This document shows, piece after piece, positions 36,702 to 50,600 of a stretch of 64,000 nucleotides of DNA. Numbering within the stretch: the stretch's first letter is position 1; every line of letters begins with the position of its first letter. Below the pieces are notes generated by a model that saw only the letters and a program-made list of their open reading frames with translations, searched no databases and had not been told where the DNA came from. The DNA is taken from positions 84,273 through 148,272 of the forward strand of contig NIVC01001852.1 in assembly GCA_002269645.1 (NCBI GenBank). The letters run 5' to 3'. A program made the position numbers and the translations under genes. This DNA is from Macrostomum lignano (Eukaryota).

Positions 36702-37020
36702 CAGGGGTCCGGCCCCCCGCGAAGCCTCTATCCGGCCCTTGGGTACTTTGAAACTTCACCATAGCAATCCGGCCCTCTCGAGGCTTCTCTTTTCAGCATT
36801 GCAAGCTCTTCCCCTCTGCTCTCTCCCTTCCCCTCTGCTCTCAGTCACCTCTCCCCTTTTCTTTTCTCTCTCCCCCTTCTCTCCTCTCTCCCCTCTTCTC
36901 TCATCTCTCATCTCCTCTTTACTTTTCTCTCTACTCCATTCCCTCTCCTTTCATTCGGCTTGCAAGCCATGAGCAAGATTAATTATCTGGCCATTGAGGC
37001 AAATAACTTTGCCGACCCCT
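36702..37020. mobile_element. hAT-Charlie-like MITE remnant
   Basis: Starts CAGGGGTC after GTCTAGAG (a Charlie-type target), carries CCGGCCC motifs and ends TTTGCCGACCCCT. The right TSD is not seen. Confidence 0.5.
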
Positions 37021-37367
37021 TGTTGTAACTCAAAAACGATCAGTTAAAATTCGACAAATCTGTTCGGATTGTCGATGGAACTCTTGCAGAATCTTTAATC
37101 TTATGTATTCTTCAACTATTGCTCATGTTAATACGATTTACATGAGCAATTGCATAATCTACCGTTGAAAAATGAATCTCTTTCCTGTTCTATTATTAGT
37201 GAATGTTAGCCGCATGTTTCTTTGCCTACAATTGTGGAAAATATTGCGCTAAAAACTCTCTCGAAATCTTTATTTTCTCAGTCCTATTTTCTAGAGCACA
37301 TATTTGCCTGAGTTGCTTTGGCCTGACAACTGAATAGATTGCCTCATTAATATGCAATTCCATCTGC

Positions 37368-37615
37368 TGCATAGTAGTATAGTATCTAGCTGTGAACTAG
37401 TAGTATAGTATCTAGCTGTGTACTAGTAATATAGTATCTAGCTGTGTACTAGTAGTATAGTATCTAGCTGTGTACTAGTAGTATAGTATCTAGCTGTGAA
37501 CTAGTAGTATAGTATCTAGCTGTGTACTAGTAGTATAGTATCTAGCTGTGTACTAGTAGTATAGTATCTAGCTGTGTACTAGTAGTATAGTATCTAGCTG
37601 TGTACTAGTAGTATA
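37368..37615. repeat. 26-bp minisatellite (CTAGTAGTATAGTATCTAGCTGTGTA)
   Basis: About 9 tandem copies. Confidence 0.9.
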
Positions 37616-38049
37616 GAACCAATTAGAAGCTAAGATCAATTTTCAACTTCCTGTATAGATAGACCGAGACAAACTGGTATTGCTACTATCAGCCCTAATT
37701 ATATGGGTAATTATTGCTAGTAAAAATGCTTATCTGATGTGCATTATATAGCCCTTTGTGTACTTTAAGCTTTGTCGGTTAATTCAAACTTTGAGTGCAT
37801 CGTCATTAATGGCTTTTTAATGACAGAATTCGGGTACTTATCTGTAAATTTTCAGTGTGAAATTTTACTTTTCAGTTTGACTTCTCCAATTTTTATAGGT
37901 TTTTACTTATTTGCTGCAGGTAAACTATATTTTCGCTCTTCTATTTTTATTATTTAGTCTTTTATAGCCAACTAATTGTTTTTTATTCTGTTTGCCATGT
38001 TTTTTGTATATTGTCTTTCTTTATTGCTTTGTACTTTATTGTAAAATTG

Positions 38050-38162
38050 GCTGTATGTGTGTCTGTGACCGTCTGTCTGTCTGTCTCTCTGTCTGTGTGT
38101 CTTAGTGTCTTAGTATCTGGTTGTCTGCCTGCCTGTCTGTCCGTCTGTCTGTCTGCCTTGTC

Positions 38163-38219
<57 letters not shown>

Positions 38220-38220
38220 G

Positions 38221-38267
<47 letters not shown>

Positions 38268-38297
38268 GTCTGTCTGTCTGCCTTGTCTCTGTCTGTC

Positions 38298-38334
<37 letters not shown>

Positions 38335-38375
38335 GTCTGTCTGTCTGTATGTGTCTGTCTGTCTTTCTCTGTCTG
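38050..38375. repeat. (TCTG)n microsatellite
   Basis: Direct inspection. Source of the TDRQ/VCLS ORFs. Confidence 0.95.
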
Positions 38376-39505
38376 CAGCTGTGTATCGGTTTCCCTGCCA
38401 AGATTGTGCACGCTGTGCCAAGACGCCAGTTTTATGTTATGCTAAAAAGAATTGGAAAAGCATCATCAATGCGGTTTCATATGAAAATTTGCAATTTTAG
38501 GCTTCACAGCCTAAAGCTTTAGCATTAATGTTCCAAATACTTTGTTGCAGTGCACTGTTGCCAAGCGCATGCTCATTTTGTTGTTATGCAAACTTTTTTG
38601 AATGGCTTTGAATTGCTAATTTTGCTAAAATGGAGTGCTAAAATAACTTTTTATTACAAGGTTTCTGATCTGCGCCTTTTGATTCAAGCAGTTCGCAGTG
38701 GCTATGTGAATTTTTATGCTGTTAGTAGTTGGCGCGCGTTTTTACTGCTTTTTATTTTTATAATCTTTACTGCTCACCACCTGTATAGCTTTACAGGATG
38801 TAAGTTTTTCTCTGCAACGCAGCGACTGTTGAATTTACAAAATAAAATTTGCGTAATAAAAAATTAGGGTATTAACTATTATGTATATATAATATACTAA
38901 GTAACTTTTTTAAAGCGCATTTAGAAATATATATTTCGTTTGTTTTGGTTTTGTTGTATTTTTTTGCAGTATAATGTTATTATATTCATATTTTATTATA
39001 AATGGCCTGTCACTTGGAGAAATTTGCAAAATAACAAAGGAAAGAGGATTTACATTACATTAGGCGCATCTTTTAGTACACATAGGGAAGTTATTGTTTT
39101 TTGGAGTATTTGAGACTTAGGTTCAGACGACTGGCCTGAATAATCAGGGAATTTGCTTTTAGATACAAGGGTTTATAAAGCCAGTTAAAGCAATAAAAAT
39201 CTGCTAATCAATGACAGTCTATTTTATAAGAACCTTTGCACACGGGTAGCATGACGACAGCACCGGAACTGAAAACCGTGCAAGAATCACATTATTATGA
39301 ATTCTAGATGAGCCAGTGCGAAGAAAAGTTCCTGTTTAAACTACTTTCTTTTGGGCATATGAAGTGCAAATAACTGCCAGATTTTGCAATGGGAAGACGT
39401 CAGATTTTTATGTTTTCGGCCGCAGGCAAATACTCAAAACCAATTAAAACTGAGATTTCGCTTTGACTATGCAATAGAATTCCCAGTGCTTTTAGGCCAA
39501 CCTGT

Positions 39506-42500
39506 TCAGTCGGACAGCGGTCGCACTCTCTGCAGCAGCGCCGATCCTTGTGTGCATCCAGCTGATCCCATAGACAGTTTCACCGCTATAACGACGGCAG
39601 CCGCTACTGACGCTGTGCCTAGTAGGCTCATCAGACCAATTGCGAGCGGGGTGTCTGTTAAAAGTATTGAAAATGAAAAAATAGTTTTATTACAGATAGA
39701 TCCGGCAAGAAAATGTCTTTCATGTGGCATTTCACTTTTATATGTTTTAGAATAGAATTTGTCGCAATAATTCCATCATAGAAATTCTCGCTGAACAGGC
39801 AAAACATTCAACATAGCATAGCCTCAACATAAGCATTGATCTAAATCATTGTCCAATTGAAAGTATATCTACTTCTGTCCCTACACTAGGTTAGTGTTCC
39901 ATAACCTTCACACTAAACATTTTGACTGTTGCTTACATCCTTCACAACCTGTACCACTACGGAAAGGGCCACAATCAGTGATTTGCGCCGAGGTTGCATC
40001 GCTGATGCTGATTGTTGTTGCACTTGCGACTGAATCTGATGCTGTAGCGACAGAAAGTGTTGATCCTGTGCCGGTAAATTCACTAGATGCTGCACTGGCT
40101 GCGCTTGCTGCGGTTGATAATCCACTTGCTGGAGGACTCGTAGTCAATCCTGTCGCTTGAGAACTCGGAACAGTTGTATCCGTCGTTGGCAAGCCACTTG
40201 CTGGAGCACTGGCTGTAGTCAATCCTGTCGCTTGAGAACTCGGAACAGTTGTATCCGTCGTTGGCAAGCCACTTGCTGAAGCACTGGCTGTAGTCAATCC
40301 TGCAGCTTGAGAACTCAAGACAGTTGTATCCGTCGTAGTCAATCCAGTCGCTTGAGCACTGGCTGTAGTCAATCCTGTCGCTTGAGAACTCGGAACAGTT
40401 GTATCCGTCGTTGGCAAGCCACTTGCTGGAGCACTGGCTGTAGTCAATCCTGTCGCTTGAGAACTCGGAACGGTTGTGTCCGTCGTTAGCACGCCACTTG
40501 TTTGAGCACTCGCTAAAACAGTGTCTGTCGGTGTCACGCCACTTAAAGCACTTGGTGAATTTGTGACTGACAGAGTCGTGTCAGTCGCTTGAAAACTTGG
40601 AACACTTGTATCAGATGATGACAATCCAGTAGATAAAAAATTCAACGCTGTTGAAGTTACACTAACAGTTGATTCGGTCAATGGAGTCAGTCCTGTAACT
40701 AATGGATTGACAGTCGTTTCAGTCTGCGGTGGTCCAGTTGTTGGATTGACAGTCGTGTCAGTCGTTGGTGAAGGACCTGTGGTTAATGGATTGACAGTTG
40801 TGTCAGTCGGTGGTAAAGGACCTGTGGTTAATGGATTGACAGTCGTGTCAGCCGGTGATGAAGGTCCAGTTGTTGGATTGACAGTCGTTTCAGCCGGTGA
40901 TGGAGGTCCAGTTGTTGGATTGACAGTCGTTTCAGCCGGTGATGGAGGTCCAGTTGTTGGATTGACAGTCGTTTCAGCCGGTGATGGAGGTCCAGTTGTT
41001 GGATTGACAGTCGTGTCAGTCGGTGTTGAAGGACCTGTGGTTAAAGGATTGACAGTTGTGTCAGACGGTGGTGGAGGTCCAGTTGTTGGATCGACAGTCG
41101 TTTCAGCCGGTGATGGAGGTCCAGTTGTTGGATCGACAGTCGTTTCAGCCGGTGATGGAGGTCCAGTTGTTGGATTGACAGTCGTTTCAGCCGGTGATGG
41201 AGGTCCAGTTGTTGGATTGACAGTCGTTTCAGCCGGTGATGGAGGTCCAGTTGTTGGATTGACAGTCGTTTCAGCCGGTGATGGAGGTCCAGTTGTTGGA
41301 TCGACAGTCGTTTCAGCCGGTGATGGAGGTCCAGTTGTTGGATCGACAGTCGTTTCAGCCGGTGATGGAGGTCCAGTTGTTGGATTGACAGTCGTTTCAG
41401 CCGGTGATGGAGGTCCAGTTGTTGGATTGACAGTCGTTTCAGCCGGTGATGGAGGTCCAGTTGTTGGATTGACAGTCGTTTCAGCCGGTGATGGAGGTCC
41501 AGTTGTTGGATCGACAGTCGTTTCAGCCGGTGATGGAGGTCCAGTTGTTGGATCGACAGTCGTTTCAGCCGGTGATGGAGGTCCAGTTGTTTGATTGACA
41601 GTCGTTTCAGCCGGTGATGGAGGTCCAGTTGTTGGATCGACAGTCGTTTCAGCCGGTGATGGAGGTCCAGTTGTTGGATTGACAGTCGTGTCAGTTGGTG
41701 TTGAAGGACCTGTGGTTAAAGGATTGACAGTCGTTTCAGCCGGTGATGGAGGTCCAGTTGTTGGATCGACAGTCGTTTCAGCCAGTGATGGAGGTCCAGT
41801 TGTTGGATCGACAGTCGTTTCAGCCGGTGATGGAGGTCCAGTTGTTGGATCGACAGTCGTTTCAGCCGGTGATGGAGGTCCAGTTGTTGGATTGACAGTC
41901 GTTTCAGCCGGTGATGGAGGTCCAGTTGTTGGATTGACAGTCGTTTCAGCCGGTGATGGAGGTCCAGTTGTTGGATCGACAGTCGTTTCAGCCGGTGATG
42001 GAGGTCCAGTTGTTGGATCGACAGTCGTTTCAGCCGGTGATGGAGGTCCAGTTGTTGGATTGACAGTCGTTTCAGCCGGTGATGGAGGTCCAGTTGTTGG
42101 ATCGACAGTCGTTTCAGCCGGTGATGGAGGTCCAGTTGTTGGATTGACAGTCGTTTCAGCCGGTGATGGAGGTCCAGTTGTTGGATCGACAGTCGTTTCA
42201 GCCGGTGATGGAGGTCCAGTTGTTGGATTGACAGTCGTTTCAGCCGGTGATGGAGGTCCAGTTGTTGGATTGACAGTCGTTTCAGCCGGTGATGGAGGTC
42301 CAGTTGTTGGATCGACAGTCGTTTCAGCCGGTGTTGGAGGTCCAGTTGTTGGATCGACAGTCGTTTCAGCCGGTGATGAGGTCCAGTTGTTGGATTGACA
42401 GTCGTGTCAGTTGGTGTTGAAGGACCTGTGGTTAAAGGATTGACAGTTGTGTCAGACGGTGGTGGAGGTCCAGTTGTTGGATTGACAGTCGTTTCAGCCG

Positions 42501-45312
42501 GTGATGGAGGTCCAGTTGTTTGATTGACAGTCGTTTCAGCCGGTGATGGAGGTCCAGTTGTTGGATCGACAGTCGTTTCAGCCAGTGATGGAGGTCCAGT
42601 TGTTGGATCGACAGTCGTTTCAGCCGGTGATGGAGGTCCAGTTGTTGGATCGACAGTCGTTTCAGCCGGTGATGGAGGTCCAGTTGTTGGATTGACAGTC
42701 GTTTCAGCCGGTGATGGAGGTCCAGTTGTTGGATTGACAGTCGTTTCAGCCGGTGATGGAGGTCCAGTTGTTGGATCGACAGTCGTTTCAGCCGGTGATG
42801 GAGGTCCAGTTGTTGGATCGACAGTCGTTTCAGCCGGTGATGGAGGTCCAGTTGTTGGATTGACAGTCGTTTCAGCCGGTGATGGAGGTCCAGTTGTTGG
42901 ATCGACAGTCGTTTCAGCCGGTGATGGAGGTCCAGTTGTTGGATTGACAGTCGTTTCAGCCGGTGATGGAGGTCCAGTTGTTGGATCGACAGTCGTTTCA
43001 GCCGGTGATGGAGGTCCAGTTGTTGGATTGACAGTCGTTTCAGCCGGTGATGGAGGTCCAGTTGTTGGATTGACAGTCGTTTCAGCCGGTGATGGAGGTC
43101 CAGTTGTTGGATCGACAGTCGTTTCAGCCGGTGTTGGAGGTCCAGTTGTTGGATCGACAGTCGTTTCAGCCGGTGATGGAGGTCCAGTTGTTGGATTGAC
43201 AGTCGTGTCAGTTGGTGTTGAAGGACCTGTGGTTAAAGGATTGACAGTTGTGTCAGACGGTGGTGGAGGTCCAGTTGTTGGATTGACAGTCGTTTCAGCC
43301 GGTGATGGAGGTCCAGTTGTTTGATTGACAGTCGTTTCAGCCGGTGATGGAGGTCCAGTTGTTGGATCGACAGTCGTTTCAGCCGGTGATGGAGGTCCAG
43401 TTGTTGGATCGACAGTCGTTTCAGCCGGTGATGGAGGTCCAGTTGTTGGATCGACAGTCGTTTCAGCCGGTAATGGAGGTCCAGTTGTTGGATTGACAGT
43501 CGTGTCAGTTGGTGTTGAAGGACCTGTGGTTAAAGGATTGACAGTTGTGTCAGCCGGTGATGGAGGTCCAGTTGTTGGATTGACAGTCGTGTCAGTTGGT
43601 GTTGAAGGACCTGTGGTTAAACGATTGACAGTTGTGTCAGCCGGTGATGGAGGTCCAGTTGTTGGATTGACAGTTGTGTCAGCCGGTGATGGAGGTCCAG
43701 TTGTTGGATTGACAGTCGTTTCAGCCGGTGATGGAGGTCCAGTTGTTGGATTGACAGTCGTTTCAGCCGGTGATGGAGGTCCAGTTGTTGGATTGACAGT
43801 CGTTTCAGCCGGTGATGGAGGTCCAGTTGTTGGATCGACAGTCGTTTCAGCCGGTGATGGAGGTCCAGTTGTTGGATCGACAGTCGTTTCAGCCGGTGAT
43901 GGAGGTCCAGTTGTTGGATCGACAGTCGTTTCAGCCGGTGATGGAGGTCCAGTTGTTGGATTGACAGTCGTTTCAGCCGGTGATGGAGGTCCAGTTGTTG
44001 GATCGACAGTCGTTTCAGCCGGTGATGGAGGTCCAGTTGTTGGATTGACAGTTGTGTCAGTTGGTGTTGAAGGACCTGTGGTTAAAGGATTGACAGTCGT
44101 GTCAGTTGGTGGTGAAGGACCTGTGGTTAAAGTATTGATAGTTGTGTCAGTCTGCGGTGGAGGTCCTGTGGTTAATGGATGAAGAGTTGTTTCAGTCGAT
44201 GGTGAAGGAGAATTAGTCGATGAAATAGTAATTGATTCAGTAGCAATCGATGAGTTCGTAGATGTATCCGCTGATGTCTCTGCAGAAGGAGATAGGTCCA
44301 TTGTCGAATCAGTTATTGGCTCTGCAGGAGATGGGTCCATTGTCGAGTCAGTTGATGGCTCTGCAGAAGGAGATGGGTCCATTGTCGAGTCAGTTGATGG
44401 CTCTGCAGAAGGAGATGGGTCCATTGTCGAGTCAGTTGATGGCCCTGCAGGAGATGGGTCCATTGTCGAGTCAGTTAATGGCTCTGCATAAGGAGATGGG
44501 TCCATTGTCGAGTCAGTTAATGGCTCTGCAGAAGGAAATGGGTCCATTGTCGAGTCAGTTGATGGCCCTGCAGGAGATGGGTCCATTGTCGAGTCAGTTG
44601 ATGGCTCTGCAGGAGATGGGTCCATTGTCGAGTTAGTTGATGGCTCTGCAGAAGGAGATGGGTCCATTGTCGAGTTAGTTGATGGCTCTGCAGAAGGAGA
44701 TGGGTCCATTGTCGTGTCAGTTAATGGCTCTGCAGAAGGAGATGGGTCCATCGTCGAATCAGTTGATGGCTCTGCAGAAGGAGATGGGTCCATTGTCGAG
44801 TCAGTTGGTGTCTCAGCAGAAGGAGATGGGTCCATTGTCGAGTCAGTTGGTGTCTCAGCAGAAGGAGATGGGTCCATTGTCGAGTCAGTTAATGGCTCTG
44901 CAGAAGGAGATGGGTCCATCGTCGAATCAGTTGGTGTCTCAGCAGAAGGAGATGGGTCCATTGTCGAGTCAGTTAATGGCTCTGCAGAAGGAGATGGGTC
45001 CATTGTCGAGTCAGTTAATGGCCCTGCAGAAGGAGATGGGTCCATCGTCGAATCAGTTGGTGTCTCAGCAGAAGGAGAGAAGTTCATTGTTTTATCAGTC
45101 GGTGGTTCTGCAGACATCGATGGATTCTGAGTTGTGTCTTCCGACGCAGTTAAGTCTCCTTCTGTAGTCGATAGTTCGGTTTTTACTGTTGCTGTAACAG
45201 GTTCTGTATTTACTGTTGTAGAGCCCTGTATTGTTTGCGTCATGTACAGTAGCAGCATACAGACCCAAAGGCAGTACTTGCTGCTGATCGATGGTAGCGC
45301 TTTCTTTGACAT
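39506..45312 (-). CDS. Type I membrane mucin-like Pro/Thr/Ser protein, ~1,840 aa if the 1-nt frameshift at ~42378 is corrected; exons 45312-39937 and 39654-39506
   Basis: Signal-like N-terminus (CLWVCMLLLYMTQTIQG), then STMDPSPSAEP repeats, ~80 copies of 14-aa TTVNPTTGPPSPAE, and SSQATGLTT repeats. Donor GGAT|GTAAGC and acceptor TTAACAG|AC join in phase 1 to a TM segment (LAIGLMSLLGTASVAAAVVIAV) and a short tail. Confidence 0.85.
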
Positions 45313-46257
45313 GTGTTTAGCAGAGCTTTTTTGTTTAGATTTCTGATGTTTTGGTTAAGCCACGAAGTGTTCGGTTGCAACTTCAAATTCTGTTATTCAA
45401 CCTTTTAGGCAAACTTTTCATGTTTTGTCAGAAGCTATCGCCTTTCTTAGGCATGTGAAACTTGGGCGTTTCCGTTGGAACTTTTCATTGTTATTTAGCA
45501 AGCTCAACCGTTTTTTGGCACCCTGTGCCCAGTATTCGATGTGAATTGTGCGGAACAATTTCCCACGATTAAGTATTCCAATAAAAGTTTACACAAAACT
45601 GCCTCTTAACCTTTTTAGCCGTCTACAAGTTTATCTGATGCACTTTTTGAGTTAAAGAAGGGCATTGTGGCAAGAAAGTTTTGCGAACCATCCTCTTCGC
45701 ACGCGAGCGTTTCAAAAATTTGACGCTTAGATTGCAAGAAACGGTTCTATTTAGGAGCTTGGGTTGGGTTATTATGAAAGCTTAAAATTGCTGTGAGAAT
45801 CATTATCTTCTCAGCCTCTGCCATTTGCATTTTACCGTAGTTTAAAAAATAGATTCAGAATCTTTTAGAACTACTTTAGGAGCTGACAGACTTTGTGACA
45901 GACTTTCTCGTACAACAAGTTGACGCACACTGCAATGGCCTTTAGGTGATTCAGTGAGCGACAACTTCTAACTGTCAGGTCATATCATCCGCGCCGATAC
46001 AAAAGGTTTCAGCTGTTGGACTAGGCTCTAGACCGTTTTAGTTTAGCGTTCTTGACTGAACAGGAATCCGCTCGTTGCCATGCTTACTGGCGCCACAATT
46101 CTTAGAAAATGTTGGCAGAGCAAAATTGCTGCAGTACCGATGTGTATTGTTGTAGCTTCTGTTTCCACTGATGCAGTTAAACAAATCAATTTATTAGCAA
46201 TATGGCACAGGCTTTGATACTGAAGTTGAAAAAATTCCTTGACTTACATGAGCATAT

Positions 46258-46463
46258 TAATAAATAATAATAACTGACTACAACTGCCCCAATGGGCAGA
46301 TGTGCAACCGACAACTCAGCCGCAGCTATTCTGAAGGCCGCGCACAGCTGTTCAGTCCAAGGACAGCTGGGTGAATTGAAGCAATGTAAAGTTAAGTCTT
46401 GCTCAAGGACGACGAGTCCGACGACCTTTCAGTCGTGAGTCCGACGCTCTGACCACTAGGCTA
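46258..46463 (-). mobile_element. CORE-SINE copy with internal deletions
   Basis: The reverse complement matches 10172-10474 (CTAGTGGTCAGAGCG...GTCCTTGAGCAAG...CAGCTG...TGCACATCTGCCCATT...(TTA)n). Confidence 0.8.
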
Positions 46464-47644
46464 CAAACCCCTTAAACACAAAAATGCATAGATTACAACT
46501 GTAACAAATGTCGATTTGAATGGTAAGTTACTTTGACCGTAGCTAGATCGCCGTTTTGTGGCAAATTTCTAAATCCAAGCATGTAGCTCTAATTTTGAGC
46601 CATTGAATTGCCACGTTGTGGACTACTCATTCATGAAAAGCAAATAGGAGCAAATTGACACACTGGAGTCATACGGTCATACACTAGCCGATCGATGCAT
46701 GAAAAGGACTTTTAAAAAACCCAGAATGGGCCATATATTTTTTGGTCTATTTAATCGTACATAGAAGCCATGCGCACTGCCTATGTCGAATGTAAAATCG
46801 TGTCAAAGCGGAAAGCATATGTAATCCGAAATTAAAGATTCGTTGTACAGTTTTGTACAGAAAAAAACGACATGTCCTTGTTGCACCAGAAATCGGCTCA
46901 TGAAAGCGCAGGCCATCCAACGGAGACGCGCATCGCGCACTGCTAGCTATCCCCGTATCCCCCCTCTGTCCAGCTGTTATTGATCTGCTAAGCTGGGAAG
47001 CCGGGAGGAAATGCCAGGACGAGGGAATTGGAATTTCGTTCGGCTCTATCGGGTTCGGAGACGTACGTGCTGCTTGAAGCGCACACTCATGCTTGCAGCT
47101 TGTTGCATTTTTGCATTTCTATTCTGCCCAAAATATGAAGTCAACCCCGCTTCTTAGTACAGTGCAGGGAAGATACTAAAGCAGCGATATCTTCTTCAGA
47201 ATTTAACTAATTGTGCACCAAAGGTCGAGTTTAAATGGATAACTTGGTAAGAATTTTGCACTCATTCATACTTTTACGAAGTAAAAAAACTTCATTTAAG
47301 AGTGTACTTAATAGTACAGCATTTACGAGCTATCTAACACATACAAAACTTCTCAGTCCTGAAAGCCTTCCTGATGGTGCAGAGCAGCCCAGTGGTAAAC
47401 GCGTCTGACTTTCGCGCTGGCCTGTGGTTGTGGTGCAATTCACACTCACGAGGGCCAAACCCCCCAGGCTTTTAGAGTGTTGATGCCTGGCGATTAGAAG
47501 TTCAGGGCCGCTGTGTGGAGCGTGTGTATGAGTGCGTGCCTGCTGTGCTAAAGCAACGTCGAAAGAACGCTTCGATGAAACACAATTGCGAAAAAACTCG
47601 GAAAAAACGCAAATCCACAGAATCAGCTGAGCAACTTTTCCGCA

Positions 47645-50600
47645 ATGAAGGAGGCGGCAGTGCAGGCTGCCACCAAAGCTGCTGGCCAAATGGCCGGCCA
47701 ACTGACGCAGGACCGCGTGGCCGCTTTGGCCCAACGGCTTGTAACTCGACTCAACGAGCACGTTCGTTCGTCCGGCCTAGACCCCTTCAAGGGTCCAGAT
47801 GATCGAACAGTGGAATTCGCTGTGCCGCTGTTCTGCGGCTTCTGCCCCTCGTGTTGCGGCTTGACAGCCAGCGCTAAGCTGAGGGACTGCCAAGCTACTG
47901 GGCTGGCAAGTCTGGCTAGCGTTGAGGACGATACAGAGGCAAGCTTTACGCGAATCTACATGTATTGTTGATTTTGTTACAATAAACTGTTGGATAGTCC
48001 TAGGTTCGATTTAGATTTCGATTACTTCGATTTCGAGTATTTTCTAATTTGCGCATCGAATGCGAGTATTTGTGTGTAGTTATGTGTCCATGCCAGCTAA
48101 TACTGCCAGCACAATGGGCTTTAGCACAACTGGCTTTAGCACCAGGGGCTTTAGCACCAGGGGCTTTAGCACCAGGGGCTTTAGCACCAGGGGCTTTAGC
48201 ACCAGGGGCTTTAGCACCAGGGGCTTTAGCACCAGGGGCTTTAGCACAACTGGCTTTAGCACCAGGGGCTTTAGTACAGGGGCTTTATTACCAGGGACTT
48301 TAGCACCAGAAAACCAGCCCTTAAACCGTTGCCAGTTTGCTTGTTAGTCAAGCCTTCTGAAAGTCCCCCTGTCGAAAAAATAAGTTGGCCTAGGCTAGCC
48401 GCCTGTTTCATCCATAAGTTTTTTTCTCTATTTTCACTGTACGCACAATGTACTCAAATATATATCTCCGCCAACCCCCCAACCATTTCACCTATGTTCA
48501 AGTTAGAAAATAGAAAAGCTGAATTCTGGGCTGCAACCGCCCTAACTTCGGTTTCTTTATCGCCAGCCAAAATCAATTATTGGTTTATTTTATATGGCGC
48601 CCGAACAAAAAGTACAACAAACAAGTTAAAACTATTGCGGCCTACAGAAGCTCAAGTTAGTGCAACTGCACTGAATCTCTAGCGCAGCGATATTTCACCA
48701 ACTGTTGCGTTCTGCATGGGGCTACTATGTTGGCTATCGGCGAAGCGCAGTCGTCGGAGTAAGCAGCAGCTCGCGGCCTCCGGATCGCTGCAGCGGTGGT
48801 CCCGTCAACGGTATTCCAGTCCCAATTGGGTTCCACGAGCAACCTTCAGCTAGGCTCTCTTTGATCGATGTCGAACATTCGACCGTCCTTGCGTTGATGA
48901 GTATCGTAACTGTTTCTCCTTTTTAAATTACGTCGTTTTGCGCATCTCGTTAACATTATTGACAGTTACACGTATAGTTAATAGCTGATCGTTAAATTCT
49001 TCAAATACTGGAATTTAGAGTTTCTGTTACCAAATTTACTTGTATTTTTTTGCTTCTTGCATTCGCTTGTCTTCGTGTTCACTCGTAGTGTTATCCTGCA
49101 GTCTGCTTCTTTTTTGGGCTGGCCGTCTTCAAGTTCTCAGTGTCGGGAGTTCTTGGCTTTAGCAGCATCTCCCAATTCAAGTCGTCATGGTTCTCAGTGA
49201 AGACGAGCTATCTTCAGCAGTCAGAAGGCGTGCAGGTATCTGCGCGGCGATCACGAAGGCTGTTGGAAAGGCTGACCATCTTCTCTCCGTGGATATTGGT
49301 CGAGCTGCAAATCGTGCGGATGCGGAGGCAATTGGGCAGATTCTGAAGTCGAAATTGACGGCAGTGAAAGCATTGATGAAGCCATAGAGGATGGCAGATC
49401 AAGCTTCCCAAGAGGCAAATTCCGACATTCACGGGGAGATTTCGGCGTGGCAGTCATTTTGGGATCAGTTCGACTCTTCCATACATCGCAACTCTAGCCT
49501 GTCAGATATAGACAAGTTCAACTACTATCTCGTCAGCTCTCTGTCCGACTCCGTCAAGGCAAGCATTCGAGGCCTGTCAGTCACGGCGGCCAATTACTCA
49601 ATAGCCTTAGATATTTTGCGAGAGCGCTACGGAAAGAAAGAAATCATAGTCAAGGACTTAATGCACAAGATATCTGAACTTCGTCTCCAGGACTCGTCTC
49701 TAAAGTGTCTTCAGCAGTTTCACGACGACATTACTGCCAGCATGCGCAGCCTGGAGACTCAGGGTGTTGCCACGGAATCGTATCAGTGTCTGCTGGTGCC
49801 AAGTCTATTGAACAGGTGCCCTGTTACATTTCGACTCGACATGATTCGGTCAGCTCAGCTTCAGGGAAAGACTATTGACACGCTTGACAGCTTTCTGTGT
49901 TTTTTGAAGAATGAAATTTCTGTGCGAGAGTCCGCTGGATCGCAGCTCAGCCACAAGTCAACTTCACAAGTATCTCATTCAGATTCAAAGCAAGCTTCAA
50001 ACGCATCAATGTCAATGGCATCAACACTGGTACGAGTAGCAGTGCAACCGAAAGCAACAGACGCTACGAACAAAATTTTTTGCACCTATTGCAAAGCATC
50101 GCATTATTCGGAAAATTCGGAAGTTTCCGACCGTTGAAAGGCGTAGACAATTTCTAGCGAAAGAGAAGCGGTGCTTCAAGTGCCTGCGGCCTGGTCACAT
50201 GGTTCAACAGTGTCGCGATCAGTCGTTGATTCCTTTAGAGGTTCAATCCTAAGACCGTTATTTTTTTTGTCCTTTCCCACGACTTCCGAATTCGTTTGCT
50301 AACTTTTTTGACAGCCCCTCACCAAAATTTGTAATGGGAAAAGGTTTGTTTTTCTGTTTTGAGATAATTCTTTTTGTGGTGGACGATGTTACGCGTCATT
50401 ATTCGTCATTTTTCCATTCGTCATTTTGCCAAAATCAATTATCGGTTTATTTTATACCCCTTTATTCGTAATTCCTTAAATCATCTTTTTGGCCTTTAAT
50501 TTTCTACGCAGCCATGTTCCAATAATTGGACTCGTGCCCCACCCCATCCTACCCCAACTCTGATTAGGTAACGGTGGACGGCAGCACTTTCAAGGCCCGC

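Noticed and set aside
37983-38522. TDRQ / VCLS repeat proteins (also 51056-51458)
   Set aside because: Translations of (CAGA)n microsatellites.
40707-45167. Plus-strand Gly/Val-rich and MALQKEMGP repeat ORFs
   Set aside because: They are antisense shadows of the mucin repeat array. Only the minus strand has a signal peptide, splice sites and a TM.
47012-47158. 48-aa type II membrane-like short ORF (MPGRGNW...FAFLFCPKYEVNPAS*)
   Set aside because: It terminates before any usable donor and could not be joined to the downstream ORF. Left unannotated.
48660-49186. 5' LTR and primer-binding site of the BEL/Pao element
   Set aside because: Several TGTT starts and TGG candidates exist, but there is no second LTR or convincing tRNA complement to confirm them.
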